Shown piece by piece: positions 49,218 through 59,101 of a stretch of DNA of 64,000 nucleotides. The notes under the pieces were generated by a model, which was given only the letters and a program-made list of their open reading frames with translations, did not search any database and had not been told where the DNA came from. The DNA comes from Spirochaetia bacterium (GTDB lineage Bacteria > Spirochaetota > Spirochaetia > SZUA-6 > Bin103). The stretch's first letter is position 1. Every line of letters begins with the position of its first letter. A program made the translations under genes and the position numbers. The DNA lies in NCBI GenBank assembly GCA_965199955.1, contig CBDATQ010000001.1:1728001-1792000 (forward strand). Direction: 5' to 3'.

Positions 49218-50753
49218 ATGGCGAGAAGGCAGAGCGTCGCCAACCGGCCCAACGTGGTCTTCATTCTGGCCGACGACCTGGGGTGGTGCGACCTCGGCAT
49301 CGAAGGGAGCCGCTTCTACGAGAGTCCGCACATCGACCGCTTGGCCAGTGGCGGGATGCGCTTCACCCAGGGCTACGCTGCCTGTCAGGTGTGCAGCCCC
49401 TCGCGTGCCAGCATCCTGACCGGCAAGTACCCACCGCGCCACGGGGTTACCGACTGGATCGGCGCCCCGGCCGGCGCAGCGTGGCGTAACCAGGGCCGGC
49501 ACAGCAAGCTGTTGCCTCCCGAGTATGAACGCAGCCTGAGAGCAGACGAGATTACCTTTGTCGAGGTGTTCCGGAGAGCCGGCTACCGCACGTTTTTCGC
49601 CGGCAAGTGGCACCTCGGCGACACCGGCGCCGATCCGGAGGACTTCGGCTTTCAGATCAACAAGGGGGGTTGGAGGGTCGGATCGCCCAAGGGCGGGTAC
49701 TTCGCCCCGTGGGACAACCCGAAGCTGGAGTCGGGCCCCGACGGCGAATCGCTGCCGCTCCGGCTCGGCAGGGAGACCGCACGCTTCATCAGCGATCATC
49801 GAGACCAGCCGTTTCTCGCCTATCTGTCGTTTTACTCGGTGCATGGACCGATCCAGACCAGCCGGGAGCGCTGGGCGCGGTTTCGTGCAAAGGCGTGTGC
49901 TCTCGGAGCACCGGGGCGACGGTTCCTGTTCGATCGGAACCTGCCGGTTCGGCAGGTGGCCGACTGCCCGGTCTATGCGGGCATGATCGCCGCCATGGAC
50001 AAGGCAGTCGGCCTGGTGCTCGATGCACTGGATCGGTTCGGGCTCGCCGAGAACACGATCGTCTGCTTCACGTCCGACAATGGCGGCGCCTCTTCCGGCG
50101 ACTCCTACTCCGCGTCGATGTTGCCCCTGCGCGGCGGCAAGGGGCGCCAGTGGGAGGGCGGGATTCGCGAGCCCTTCCATGTCCGCTTTCCCGGGTTGGT
50201 GAAGCCGGGGACCACCTGCGAGGTGCCGGTATCGGGCATCGATTTCTATCCCACGCTCCTGGAGCTGGCAGGTCTGGGCATACCGGCCGAGCAGTTGATC
50301 GACGGGCGCACCCTGGTCCCGCTTCTGCGGAGCCGGCCGGACCCGGCCATTTCGGAACGCGACCTGTTCTGGCACTACCCCCACTACGGCAACCAGGGCG
50401 GCGATCCCTCATCGATCGTCAGACGCGGGCCATGGAAGCTGATTCACTACCACGAAGACCGTCACAACGAGCTGTATGATCTGAGTGCCGATCCCGGAGA
50501 GCGGCATGACGTCCTGAGCGACCGGCGCGACACCGCCGAGGAGTTGTGGCTGCGCCTGGAACGTTGGCTCGACGAAGTGGAGGCGAAGTTTCCGGCGTCC
50601 GACCCGCAGTACGATGCGGCCGAGGATCAGGCGCGTGTGCATCGGCTCGAGCATGAACTGATGCCCGAGCTGGAGGCGCAGCACGCGGCCTATCTCGACC
50701 CCGACTGGCAGCCGAACGCCGACTGGTGGGGCAGCCAGGTCACCGCCGACTAG
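49218..50753 (+). CDS. Formylglycine-dependent sulfatase
   Basis: PNVVFILADDLG, CSPSRASILTG, GKWHLG and TSDNG motifs. Confidence 0.95.
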   Translation: MARRQSVANRPNVVFILADDLGWCDLGIEGSRFYESPHIDRLASGGMRFTQGYAACQVCSPSRASILTGKYPPRHGVTDWIGAPAGAAWRNQGRHSKLLPPEYERSLRADEITFVEVFRRAGYRTFFAGKWHLGDTGADPEDFGFQINKGGWRVGSPKGGYFAPWDNPKLESGPDGESLPLRLGRETARFISDHRDQPFLAYLSFYSVHGPIQTSRERWARFRAKACALGAPGRRFLFDRNLPVRQVADCPVYAGMIAAMDKAVGLVLDALDRFGLAENTIVCFTSDNGGASSGDSYSASMLPLRGGKGRQWEGGIREPFHVRFPGLVKPGTTCEVPVSGIDFYPTLLELAGLGIPAEQLIDGRTLVPLLRSRPDPAISERDLFWHYPHYGNQGGDPSSIVRRGPWKLIHYHEDRHNELYDLSADPGERHDVLSDRRDTAEELWLRLERWLDEVEAKFPASDPQYDAAEDQARVHRLEHELMPELEAQHAAYLDPDWQPNADWWGSQVTAD

Positions 50754-50799
50754 CGGTGGTATCCGTGGACATCAGTTTGATGGGGTACTACGGTGAGGC

Positions 50800-51204
50800 A
50801 TGAGCCAAGGTCGGTTCTTTGCGCGCGACGAGGTGGAGCGCGATGCGTTGGAGGGGTACGAGCTGGGCTGGCACAGCCGGCCGCAGACCACTGCGGCCAG
50901 GGAGCTGGTGGTCATCGAGGTGAAGCTCGAGCCCGGCGGGGGCCACAACTTCCACCGCCACCCCAACCAGGAAGAGGTGATCTACGTCCTGGACGGCGAG
51001 GTCGAGCAGTGGGTCGACCGCAGCAGCCGGACGTTGCGTGCGGGCGACTCGGCGTTCATCCCCGCCGCGATGGTGCACGCCTCTTTTAACGTGTCCGGGG
51101 CGCCCGCGAAGCTGCTGGCGATCCTCGCCCCCTGCATTGGCGAGGAGGGGTACGAGCTGGAGGAGGTGCACGAGCAACTCCCCTGGAGCGGGCTGCGCTC
51201 CTGA
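50800..51204 (+). CDS. Cupin domain protein
   Basis: HNFHRHPNQEEVIYVLDG and IPAAMVH. Confidence 0.88.
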   Translation: MSQGRFFARDEVERDALEGYELGWHSRPQTTAARELVVIEVKLEPGGGHNFHRHPNQEEVIYVLDGEVEQWVDRSSRTLRAGDSAFIPAAMVHASFNVSGAPAKLLAILAPCIGEEGYELEEVHEQLPWSGLRS

Positions 51205-51219
51205 GCCGCCGTCCCGGCC

Positions 51220-52230
51220 TCAGCGGGGCCTGAAGCGGGCGATCACGTCGTCGGCATAGGCGTGGTTGGCGTCGCGCGTCCGGCCCGCGGCGTGCGGGGT
51301 GTGCGCGACGTTGTGACGGCCGATCAGGGGTGAGTCGAGCGGCACCGGCTCCGCGTCGAACACGTCGGCGGCCAGCGCCAGCTCGTCGTTCAGCACGCGC
51401 CGGTACAGGGCGCGCGTGTCGCACACCGCCGCTCGGGTGACCTGCACCACCAGGCCGTGCATGGGCAGGGCGTCGATCAGCTCCGCGGTGATCAGGCCGC
51501 GGGTCGAATCGGTGAGCGGCACCATGGGCACGAAGATCTGCGCGTCGGCGACCAGCTCGTCGACGCGGAAGCGGCGCTCCGCGCGGGCCGCCACGAACGT
51601 GGCGTCGGGCGCGAACGGATCCCAGGCCGCCACGTCGGCGCCCAGCGCCGCGCACCAGGAGGCGTAGCGGGCGCCGATGTTGCCGACGCCGACCACGCGC
51701 ACCCGCTTGCCGGCGACGGTGCCGTTGCAGAACCGCGGGTCGTCGCAGAACTGGGACCCGCGCACCCGGCCGGCGCCCGCTTCAGGCGAGTAGTCCCACG
51801 GCGCCAGGCTGCTCTGCATGGCGGTGTGGTTCTGCGGAATCCGGCGCAGCCCACAGATGGTCATCGCCAGGGCGTACTCGGCCACGGTCTGGCCCCAGTA
51901 CACGTCCGCGCGGTGCGGGATGATGCGCACGCCGCGCGCCTCGGCCGACGTGACCGCCTCCTGGGAGCGGTGCTGCTGGCCGAGGTAGCACTCCTCCAGA
52001 GCGGTGAAGGGGTCCAGGTCGCTCGCGTGGAGTTCGAACCCCAGCAGCACCAGCCGATGCACCGAGCCGGGATCCGGCACCAGGAGCGCCGGGGCGGCCC
52101 CCGAGTCGGTCCGTATCAACTCGCACTCGCCGCGTTCCTCCCAGCGGCGCTGCCAGTGATCGGCCGTGTAGGGCCAACTGCGTTCGAACTGTCGGTGCAC
52201 GCAGATCACCGAACGTACGTCGCCTTGCAT
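51220..52230 (-). CDS. D-isomer-specific 2-hydroxyacid dehydrogenase family protein
   Basis: VAEYAL, GVGNIG, ADVFDAEP and TPHAAG motifs; ATG 52230 preferred (TACAAT 7 nt upstream), ATG 52239 alternative. Confidence 0.85.
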   Translation of the reverse strand: MQGDVRSVICVHRQFERSWPYTADHWQRRWEERGECELIRTDSGAAPALLVPDPGSVHRLVLLGFELHASDLDPFTALEECYLGQQHRSQEAVTSAEARGVRIIPHRADVYWGQTVAEYALAMTICGLRRIPQNHTAMQSSLAPWDYSPEAGAGRVRGSQFCDDPRFCNGTVAGKRVRVVGVGNIGARYASWCAALGADVAAWDPFAPDATFVAARAERRFRVDELVADAQIFVPMVPLTDSTRGLITAELIDALPMHGLVVQVTRAAVCDTRALYRRVLNDELALAADVFDAEPVPLDSPLIGRHNVAHTPHAAGRTRDANHAYADDVIARFRPR

Positions 52231-52320
52231 GATGGGCATTGTACTACCACGTGACGTGGTGGGGAGACGGCCCGAGCCGCTGAGACCGGAGAGTCGAGGC
52301 GGCCTTGCGGCCGGTGGCGG

Positions 52321-52471
52321 CTACGGCCCCGGTGCCGGCCGCTCCCAGAGATTCAGCAGCTCGGGGGAGGTAGCCAGGTCCAGGCCGATCGCCCGGAACT
52401 GGCGTAGCGCGGCCCGGATCGACCACCTCGTCCAGGGTCTCGCAGACCCGCTTCCCGTCTATCGTCAGCAT
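52321..52471 (-). pseudogene. Internally deleted gene remnant (isochorismatase-like ends)
   Basis: GGAG RBS plus MLTIDGKRVCETLDEVVDP, joined out of frame to DLATSPELLNLWERPAPGP-stop. Confidence 0.45.
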
Positions 52472-52556
52472 GACCCGTGCTCCATGACGGGCAACGATAG
52501 CGTGCCGGCGCAGGGCGTCAACGCGCACCCGGCGCATCCGGTATGCTCTGGCCCCC

Positions 52557-53465
52557 ATGGACCGGGCACGCTTCGAGCATCACTTCACCGGACCGCTCGC
52601 CTCGATCAACACGCCGTTCCGATCGGACGGCGCCATCGACTACGACGGCCTGCGCCGGTTCGTCGACGCCGCCATCGCCGGAGGCGCGCGCACGGTCCTG
52701 TTCACGCCGGGCGACAGCCTCTACGCGGTGCTGTCGGAGCAGGAGATCGCCGATCTGACCAGGGTCACGCGCGAGCACATCGGCAGCCGGGCGATGTTCC
52801 TGGCTGCGGCGGCGCCCTGGTGGCAGGACCAGGCCGTGGCATTCGCCCGCTACGCGGCCGAGGTCGGCGCCGACGGCGTGCTGGCCTCGCCGCCGTACCG
52901 GGGCGTGAACGTGCGCGACTGCGCCGACTACTTCCTGGCCGTCTCGCGCGAGCTGCCGACGGTGATCCTGAGCGCCACGCTGGCGCCGCTCGGTCTCGGC
53001 GGGGCGCTGCAGGCCGTGCGGATGCTCGTGGCCGAAGGCGACCGCATCGTCGGCTTCAAGGAGGACTACGGCCCGGAGTTCGCGCGGCCGGCCTGCCTGC
53101 TGTCGCAGGGCACCTGGAGCAACTTCGCCGGCGGCCAGAAGCAGACCCACCTGGACATGCATCCCTACGGCTGCGCCGGCTACATGTCGGTGCTGGTGGT
53201 CTTCAAGCCGGAGATCAGCCGCGCCTACTGGAACGCGATCGACGGCGGCGACATCCCGGCGGCGGCCGGGATCATCCGCGACTACGACATGCCGATGTTC
53301 GACCTGCTGGAAGCGGCCTCGCCGGCCGGCAGCGACGCCGCCCAGCACGCCATGATGGAGCTGGCCGGCATCTCCGGGCGCTGGCGCCGGCCACCGCTGT
53401 CCGACTACACCGATGCCGAGCTGGAGCGGCTGCGCGCCAGGCTGCGGGAGCTGTCGCTGCTGTGA
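52557..53465 (+). CDS. DHDPS-family protein (atypical)
   Basis: NTPF...DGAIDYDGL, TPGDSLY and GFKED. Confidence 0.82.
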   Translation: MDRARFEHHFTGPLASINTPFRSDGAIDYDGLRRFVDAAIAGGARTVLFTPGDSLYAVLSEQEIADLTRVTREHIGSRAMFLAAAAPWWQDQAVAFARYAAEVGADGVLASPPYRGVNVRDCADYFLAVSRELPTVILSATLAPLGLGGALQAVRMLVAEGDRIVGFKEDYGPEFARPACLLSQGTWSNFAGGQKQTHLDMHPYGCAGYMSVLVVFKPEISRAYWNAIDGGDIPAAAGIIRDYDMPMFDLLEAASPAGSDAAQHAMMELAGISGRWRRPPLSDYTDAELERLRARLRELSLL

Positions 53466-53487
53466 GGCGGAGGAGGACGGACGACTG

Positions 53488-54597
53488 ATGCGCATACTGG
53501 ACACCGGGCTGGTCTATGCCAATCCCAAGCCGCACCTGCACACCAGGCACGCCTTTCACCCGACGCTGGTCGATCTGGGCGGGGGTGAGTTGCTGTGCGG
53601 CTATGACGTGGGGGCGGCGGTGGAGGGACTGGACTACCGGACCTACCTCGCCCGCTCACGGGACGGGGGCGCCACCTGGGAGCAGGAGGGGCCGCTGCTG
53701 GCCGACCGCTGGGTGGACGGCTTCACCCACTCGGTCAGGCTCAGCGCCGCCGGCGGCGGCCTGGTCGGCCTGGGCGCGCTGCACCGGCGCGACGATCCGT
53801 CCGAGGGGATCGTCAACCACGCCACGCTGGGCATGGTGCCGATGGACCTGATCCTGGTGCGCTCGGATGATCGTGGGGCGAGCTGGAGCGAGCCTGAGGT
53901 CATCGCCGCCCCGCTGACGGGTCCCGCGTTCGAGATCTGCCACGCGCTGGTGGAGCTGCCCGACGGCCGCTGGATGGCGCCCACCGCCACCTGGGCCGGA
54001 TGGGACGGGGAGCGTCCGGAGGGCGCCAAGACCGTCGTGCTGGAAAGCGACGACGGCGGGCGCACGTGGCCGCGGTACGCGGTGATGTTCGACGGGACCG
54101 CCGAGGGCGTCGAGCACTGGGAAGTGTCGGTGGTGCCGCTCGGCGGCGACCGGGTCCTGGCGGTGAGCTGGGTGTGCCACACGGAGTCCGGCTCCCACCG
54201 GCCGAACCGGTACGCGTTGAGCGGCGACGGCGGGCGCAGCTTCGGGCCGCCGGCCGAGCTGGGCCTGCGCGGACAAACCTGCAAGGCGCTCGCGCTGCGC
54301 GACGGCCGGGTGCTGTTCGTCTACCGCCGCATCGACCCCCCGGGGCTGTGGGCGGTGCCGGGCACTCTGGACGGCGGCGGCTGGCGGTACGGGGAGCATC
54401 TCCTGCTCTGGAACGGCAGCCTGGCCGATTCGGGGATGACCGGTGCCGGCGGCGCCTCGGACGAGCTGGCCGCGCTGAAGTTTGGCTTCCCGCAGATGAT
54501 CGAGCGTGACGGCGGCGAGGTGCTGGTCGTGTTCTGGTGCTTCGAGGACTGGTCGACCCGAATCCGCTGGATCAGGCTGGACGTGTCAGCAGGCTGA
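53488..54597 (+). CDS. BNR/Asp-box (sialidase-fold) protein
   Basis: SRDGGATW, SDDRGASW, SDDGGRTW and SGDGGRSF boxes; GGAGG RBS. Confidence 0.85.
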   Translation: MRILDTGLVYANPKPHLHTRHAFHPTLVDLGGGELLCGYDVGAAVEGLDYRTYLARSRDGGATWEQEGPLLADRWVDGFTHSVRLSAAGGGLVGLGALHRRDDPSEGIVNHATLGMVPMDLILVRSDDRGASWSEPEVIAAPLTGPAFEICHALVELPDGRWMAPTATWAGWDGERPEGAKTVVLESDDGGRTWPRYAVMFDGTAEGVEHWEVSVVPLGGDRVLAVSWVCHTESGSHRPNRYALSGDGGRSFGPPAELGLRGQTCKALALRDGRVLFVYRRIDPPGLWAVPGTLDGGGWRYGEHLLLWNGSLADSGMTGAGGASDELAALKFGFPQMIERDGGEVLVVFWCFEDWSTRIRWIRLDVSAG

Positions 54598-54601
54598 CAT
54601 G

Positions 54602-55195
54602 TCAGCCTGAGTCTTCCATGGCGCCGCCGTCGGTGAGGGTGTGCCAGAACACGACGTCGGCCTGGTGCACGATGCTCACGTGCAGGGAGCGCTGCACCAG
54701 CTCGCCCTCGCCCGAGTGGCAGCCGGCGGCGTGGCACACCTCCTCCGGGAGCCCGACGGTCAGGCAGACGTGGACGCCGTACAGGGTGTGGCGGAGCGCC
54801 GGCCGGCCGGTGGCGACGGTGTCGGCGCGCCAGCGCCGCTGGTTGTCGGGGTCGAACTCGAACGGCTTGCCGACGTCGTGGCAGAGCGCGCAGGCGGCCA
54901 GCAGGTCTCGGTCGATCGGCAGCTCCGGGAAGCGGCCCTTCATCTCGTCGCCCATCGCCAGTGCGAGGCGGGTGACCCCGCGGATATGATCGAGCTGGGT
55001 GCCCCGTTTCATGCGCGGCGAGTCGGGGACGCCGGAGCCGCGGATCTCGTCGATGGCGTTGAACGAGCTGTGCGCCAGCGAGTACGCCCAGGCGCGCGCC
55101 ACCTTGTCGCGCAGGCCTGCGTCCGAGATCTCGGCGAGCTCCGGCAGGCTCTCGGTCACGGTCGCCAGGAGTGCGGCGTCGTCCGCGGCACTCAT
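54602..55195 (-). CDS. HD-domain protein
   Basis: DHIRGV, CHDVGK, RHTLYG and HQAD. Confidence 0.85.
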   Translation of the reverse strand: MSAADDAALLATVTESLPELAEISDAGLRDKVARAWAYSLAHSSFNAIDEIRGSGVPDSPRMKRGTQLDHIRGVTRLALAMGDEMKGRFPELPIDRDLLAACALCHDVGKPFEFDPDNQRRWRADTVATGRPALRHTLYGVHVCLTVGLPEEVCHAAGCHSGEGELVQRSLHVSIVHQADVVFWHTLTDGGAMEDSG

Positions 55196-56088
55196 CGGGC
55201 CTCCGCCTCCTCACGCTCCCGTTGCTGCCGTTCTTCCCGTTCCTTGACCGCGCCGATGCCCCGGTACTCGAAGCGCGGCTTGGCGCCGGTGACCTCGATG
55301 ATCTGGTAGTTGCGCGGCGATTCCTCCCACGCGGACTGGCACTCGAAGCCCCAGAGCCGGCGCAGGGTGGGCGAGGCCGCTTCGACGATGTCGTGCGGGA
55401 TCGAGCGGGTGTGGTCGCAGAACGGCTTCATGCGCGCGCGGCAGTGGAAGTTCAGCACCGCGTAGCGGATCTGGTCCGTGTCGTTGGGCGCGCCGCCGTG
55501 CATGAGACGTCCGTCGTACACCAGGCAGGCCCCCGGCTTGCAGATGAACTGGCGCTCGTCCTCGGGCGGGATCTTCGCGGAGTCGAGGTCCCTGACGTGC
55601 GATCCGGGCACGAAGCGGGTGGCGCCGCTCTCTGCCGTGAACTCGGACAGCGCGAACAGGGACTGCGCGAACGTGGGCACCACCGCGTGCACCTTGTAGG
55701 GCGGGTTGGGCATGAAGTCGTCGCCGTCGCGGTGCAGCCCCTGCGCCTTCATGCCGGGCATCGGCGACCGCGCCCCGGAGTCGCACAGGATGTAGTCGTC
55801 GCCCAGCAGGTAGGCCAGGCAGGCCATCACGCGCGGCACCTGCAGCATCTCCCGGAACACCTCGGCGCGTGCGGTCAGGTTGTGGGTGCGCAGCGTGCCG
55901 GGCTCGTGCTCGGTGGCACTCATTTCCTGGTAGGTGAAGGCGATCTCCCGGATCGCCGCGTCGACCTGGCGCTGGGTGAGGGTGTCTTCGAGGATGGTGT
56001 AGCCGTGCTCGTCCAGCTCCTCGAAGTGCTTGAGCATCGCGGGGTCGGTCTTCAGTTCCTGCACCTCGGTCTCGATGTCCGTCGCCAT
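55192..56088 (-). CDS. Phytanoyl-CoA dioxygenase (PhyH) family protein
   Basis: QGLHRD, GATRFVPGSH and LMHGG...R. Confidence 0.9.
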   Translation of the reverse strand: MATDIETEVQELKTDPAMLKHFEELDEHGYTILEDTLTQRQVDAAIREIAFTYQEMSATEHEPGTLRTHNLTARAEVFREMLQVPRVMACLAYLLGDDYILCDSGARSPMPGMKAQGLHRDGDDFMPNPPYKVHAVVPTFAQSLFALSEFTAESGATRFVPGSHVRDLDSAKIPPEDERQFICKPGACLVYDGRLMHGGAPNDTDQIRYAVLNFHCRARMKPFCDHTRSIPHDIVEAASPTLRRLWGFECQSAWEESPRNYQIIEVTGAKPRFEYRGIGAVKEREERQQREREEAEAR

Positions 56089-56156
56089 GGGTCGCAACGT
56101 ACCACGCGGGGCGCAGGACTTGCGACGGATTCGCACCCGGAAGTACCGTGCACGGC

Positions 56157-56573
56157 ATGGCACAGCTTCGGCACCTCGCGCTGCGCTGCGGCGACATGGA
56201 GCGCTCGCGGAACTTCTACCAGACCGTGTTCGGCTGGCGGTTCATCGGATACCGGCCCAGCAGGCAGGCGCTGGATCTCAGCGACGGGACGCTCAACGTC
56301 ACGCTGATCGACCAGGACCCGACCGACCGCCGCCAGTACGAGGAGGGCGAGGAGTTCATCCACTTCGGCATCGTCGTCGACGACCTGGACGCGGTCTGGC
56401 AGCGGCTGCACGAGCTGGGGGTGTCGTTCTCGAAAGAGAGCGTCAAGGAGCGCAAGCCGATCGATCCCAGCCAGCCGCCGCCAGTCTCCTTCAAGGTCCT
56501 CGATCCCGACGGCAACGTGGTCGACATCACCTCCAACCGCAGCGAGTGGGTCGGAGTGCGGCTGGACAACTGA
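56157..56573 (+). CDS. VOC/glyoxalase family protein
   Basis: LRHLAL, FYQTVFG, HFGIVVDDL and DPDGNVVD. Confidence 0.9.
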   Translation: MAQLRHLALRCGDMERSRNFYQTVFGWRFIGYRPSRQALDLSDGTLNVTLIDQDPTDRRQYEEGEEFIHFGIVVDDLDAVWQRLHELGVSFSKESVKERKPIDPSQPPPVSFKVLDPDGNVVDITSNRSEWVGVRLDN

Positions 56574-56633
56574 GGATCAGAAACGGCCAGGACCCTATCC
56601 CGGAAATCATCGTTCTTGGTAAATAGCAGCTAA

Positions 56634-56669
56634 CGTAATACACGAAACTTGCAAGTTTCGTGTATTACG
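56634..56669. repeat. Perfect 36-bp palindrome
   Basis: CGTAATACACGAAACTTG|CAAGTTTCGTGTATTACG, 18-bp arms with no loop, between convergent genes. Confidence 0.92.
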
Positions 56670-56683
56670 GATGAGGGACGTGA

Positions 56684-57943
56684 TCAATCGTGCGGTCTTG
56701 ATCGAATCGTGCCGTCCCGGTCGACGGGGATCGGCTCGGCCGCCGGGGTGGCCCCGGGCTCGGGCATCGGCAGCGGCTCCAGCGAGGCGCCGCCTGGTTC
56801 CGAGCCCGTTGGCCGGCGGACCGTGCCGGTCATTGGCGCGTAGGTGCTTCCCAGGTGAGGGGTCTCGATGCGCGGTCCGCCGCGGTGGTGAGAGATCATC
56901 GCCGCCTCAAGCACGCCCGTGGTGAGCAGCGTCCGCTCCACCGGGCTCTGCGGGCGGCCGGACAGCAGGAAGTCCTCGACGGCCAGGCCGAAGTAGCTGA
57001 AGTGGGCATGGTTGGGGCCTTCGTCACCGTGGAACTCGCACGCGTCGACGCGTCCCGCGCGCCGGCCGGCGTAGGCGAACGTGCGGACGTAGCCGTCGTC
57101 GCCGAGCATCAGCACCGTACCGCGCAGTCCGTCGGCATACTCGATCAGGAACACGTGCGGATCGCTCACGCGTTCCGGTTCCAGGCGGTCGGGTCCGGGG
57201 TTCGTCGCGGCCAGCGCGGCGTCGGCCAGGTCGGTTGGCCAGCGGCCCTCGTTTGCCGCCCGCCACACGGAATCGCCTGACAGGCAGGTCACGGCCACGA
57301 CCCCGGTCTCCCCGCCCGCGCGGCGCTCCACCTGGCACTGCAGGGACTCCAGGGCGTGGAATCCGTAGCGCTCCAGCATGTGGAACCCGGTGGCGAGCGC
57401 CTCGTCGAGCGCATCGCCCAGCGGGTGCTCGAAGTTGGGCCGCCGCCAGTGGACGGGCAGCGAGGAGCCGGCCCAGAGTGGCACGCGCAGATCGCGCGCG
57501 GTGTCGTACATCCAGCGCGCGTCGGCCCATCGGTAGGACAGGTGCTTGTCGCAGAACACCGGTACGGGCCGGCCGTGCTCGGCGACCACGCCGCAGACCT
57601 GCTCGAACAGCCAGCGGCGGGGCAGCATCTCCTGCCCCAGGGCGGTGCGCGGATAGTCGCCGTGCTCGCCGATCAGAAGCACCCCGTCCACGGCCAGCTC
57701 GCCGGTGCCCAGAGTCAGAGCGCCGGGAATGCTCTGGTACACCGGCACGCCGTATTGGCTGGCGAGTTGCAGCCCCACGTCGTTCCGGTGGATCTGATCG
57801 ATGTACATCGAGACGACGCGGGTGCGCGGCGGGATCAGCCCCTCGTTGGTGGGAAAGCCGCTGAGGAACTTGGCCGCCAGGACACCGGCGTGGCTGTTCG
57901 GGAAGAACGTGGTGACGATCGCGGCGATGCGAGCCGATGCCAT
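56684..57943 (-). CDS. Conserved hypothetical protein (possibly Gfo/Idh/MocA-like fold)
   Basis: VDGVLLIGEHGDYP, VFCDKHL, AGSSLP, YGFHALE and PVERTLLTTG motifs. Confidence 0.75.
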   Translation of the reverse strand: MASARIAAIVTTFFPNSHAGVLAAKFLSGFPTNEGLIPPRTRVVSMYIDQIHRNDVGLQLASQYGVPVYQSIPGALTLGTGELAVDGVLLIGEHGDYPRTALGQEMLPRRWLFEQVCGVVAEHGRPVPVFCDKHLSYRWADARWMYDTARDLRVPLWAGSSLPVHWRRPNFEHPLGDALDEALATGFHMLERYGFHALESLQCQVERRAGGETGVVAVTCLSGDSVWRAANEGRWPTDLADAALAATNPGPDRLEPERVSDPHVFLIEYADGLRGTVLMLGDDGYVRTFAYAGRRAGRVDACEFHGDEGPNHAHFSYFGLAVEDFLLSGRPQSPVERTLLTTGVLEAAMISHHRGGPRIETPHLGSTYAPMTGTVRRPTGSEPGGASLEPLPMPEPGATPAAEPIPVDRDGTIRSRPHD

Positions 57944-57968
57944 GGCGGACACGGTACCGTGCATCGTT

Positions 57969-58562
57969 TCAGTCTCCCGGTGGCTTGCGGGCCAGCGTTC
58001 GGTACAGCTCGTCGGTCACCGCATGGGCGCCGTCGGTGATCAGCCCGGCGTCGCGCATGATGCCGGCCAGCGCGCGGTAGGAGATCCCCGTGTCCCCGCG
58101 CTTCGGACTCCACTGCATGATGACGACGCGTCCCTCCGCCCTCAGTAGGCGCCGAAGGTCGCGGGCGACCGCAACCCGGTCCTGGCGCTTCGCGTGGTAG
58201 TGCATGATCTGCACACAGAGGATGAAGTCCGCCACGCCGTCGGGCAGCGCCGCCCGCATACCGTCCGACGGGACGGCACGGACGTTGGCGAGGCCGGCCT
58301 CCGCCGCCCGCCTGCGCGCCAGCTCGACCATGCGCGGCTCCAGATCGACCGCCTAGACCGTTCCGCTCGGTCCCACCAGCCGGGCGGCTGCCAACGCGAA
58401 CAGCCCCGGCCCGCAGCCGTAGTCCACCACGGCGCAGCCCGCGGTCACGCCGAGGTTGCCGAGCATCTGCCCCGGATCGGCATCGCCAAACCGCTTGTCG
58501 CCGTCCAGCAGGTTCGCGATCCACTCGTCGGTATAGCGCTCCCGTGCAGGCTGTCCCGTCAC
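57969..58562 (-). pseudogene. Class I SAM-dependent methyltransferase with in-frame TAG
   Basis: VVDYGCGPGLF motif I; GTV-stop-AVD at 58353-58355; frame continues to 57969. Confidence 0.8.
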
Positions 58563-58676
58563 GGGGTGGACACGTGCTTCATGAACGCTGGAGACAGCAT
58601 GCAGGCTGGCGCCGGTCGCGTCCATGGGTGTCGCGCTCGGGTTGACGCGGCCGGGCCGCGGGTCCTCAATAGCGGA

Positions 58677-59087
58677 GTGGGTATGTTCCAGGTCCGTGTG
58701 ACGTTCTCCAACGTGGACGTGCCTGCCATGAGCTTCACGGAACGCTTCTGGGTCGATACGGGGGCACTCTACACGTTCATACCGGAGGACCGGCTGCACG
58801 CGATCGGCGTCGAGCCCTTGCGGAGCCGAGAGTTGCTCCTGGCCGACGGCCGTCGTGACCGCCGCCTCATGGGCGAGGCGAAGCTGGCGATCGAGGGTCT
58901 CGAAGATGCCCTGACCTGCCAGGTCATCTTCGCTCCGGCGGGTTCGCTGTGCCTGCTGGGGGCGACGGCGCTCGAGGCGTTCGGCGTGGACGTCGATCCG
59001 GTCTCCAGGAAGCTGAAACCCATCCTCGCGATCATCGGCGGCTTCCTCGGCAGCAGGCCGGCCGAGACGGACGAACCAGTCGCCTGA
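58677..59087 (+). CDS. Retropepsin-like (clan AA) aspartyl protease
   Basis: VDTGA and LLGATALEAFG motifs. Confidence 0.85.
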   Translation: MGMFQVRVTFSNVDVPAMSFTERFWVDTGALYTFIPEDRLHAIGVEPLRSRELLLADGRRDRRLMGEAKLAIEGLEDALTCQVIFAPAGSLCLLGATALEAFGVDVDPVSRKLKPILAIIGGFLGSRPAETDEPVA

Positions 59088-59101
59088 CAGACTTCACCCG
59101 C

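Noticed and set aside
56586..56625. AT-rich stretch AGGACCCTATCCCGGAAATC resembling an IS end
   Set aside because: No partner repeat or transposase in the window; cannot be supported without a database search
36386..58355. Three in-frame TAG codons (helicase, tnpB, methyltransferase) suggesting amber recoding
   Set aside because: The expected residues differ (Trp, Trp, Tyr), each is one substitution away, and TAG is a normal stop for intact genes here (4041, 32872, 50753)
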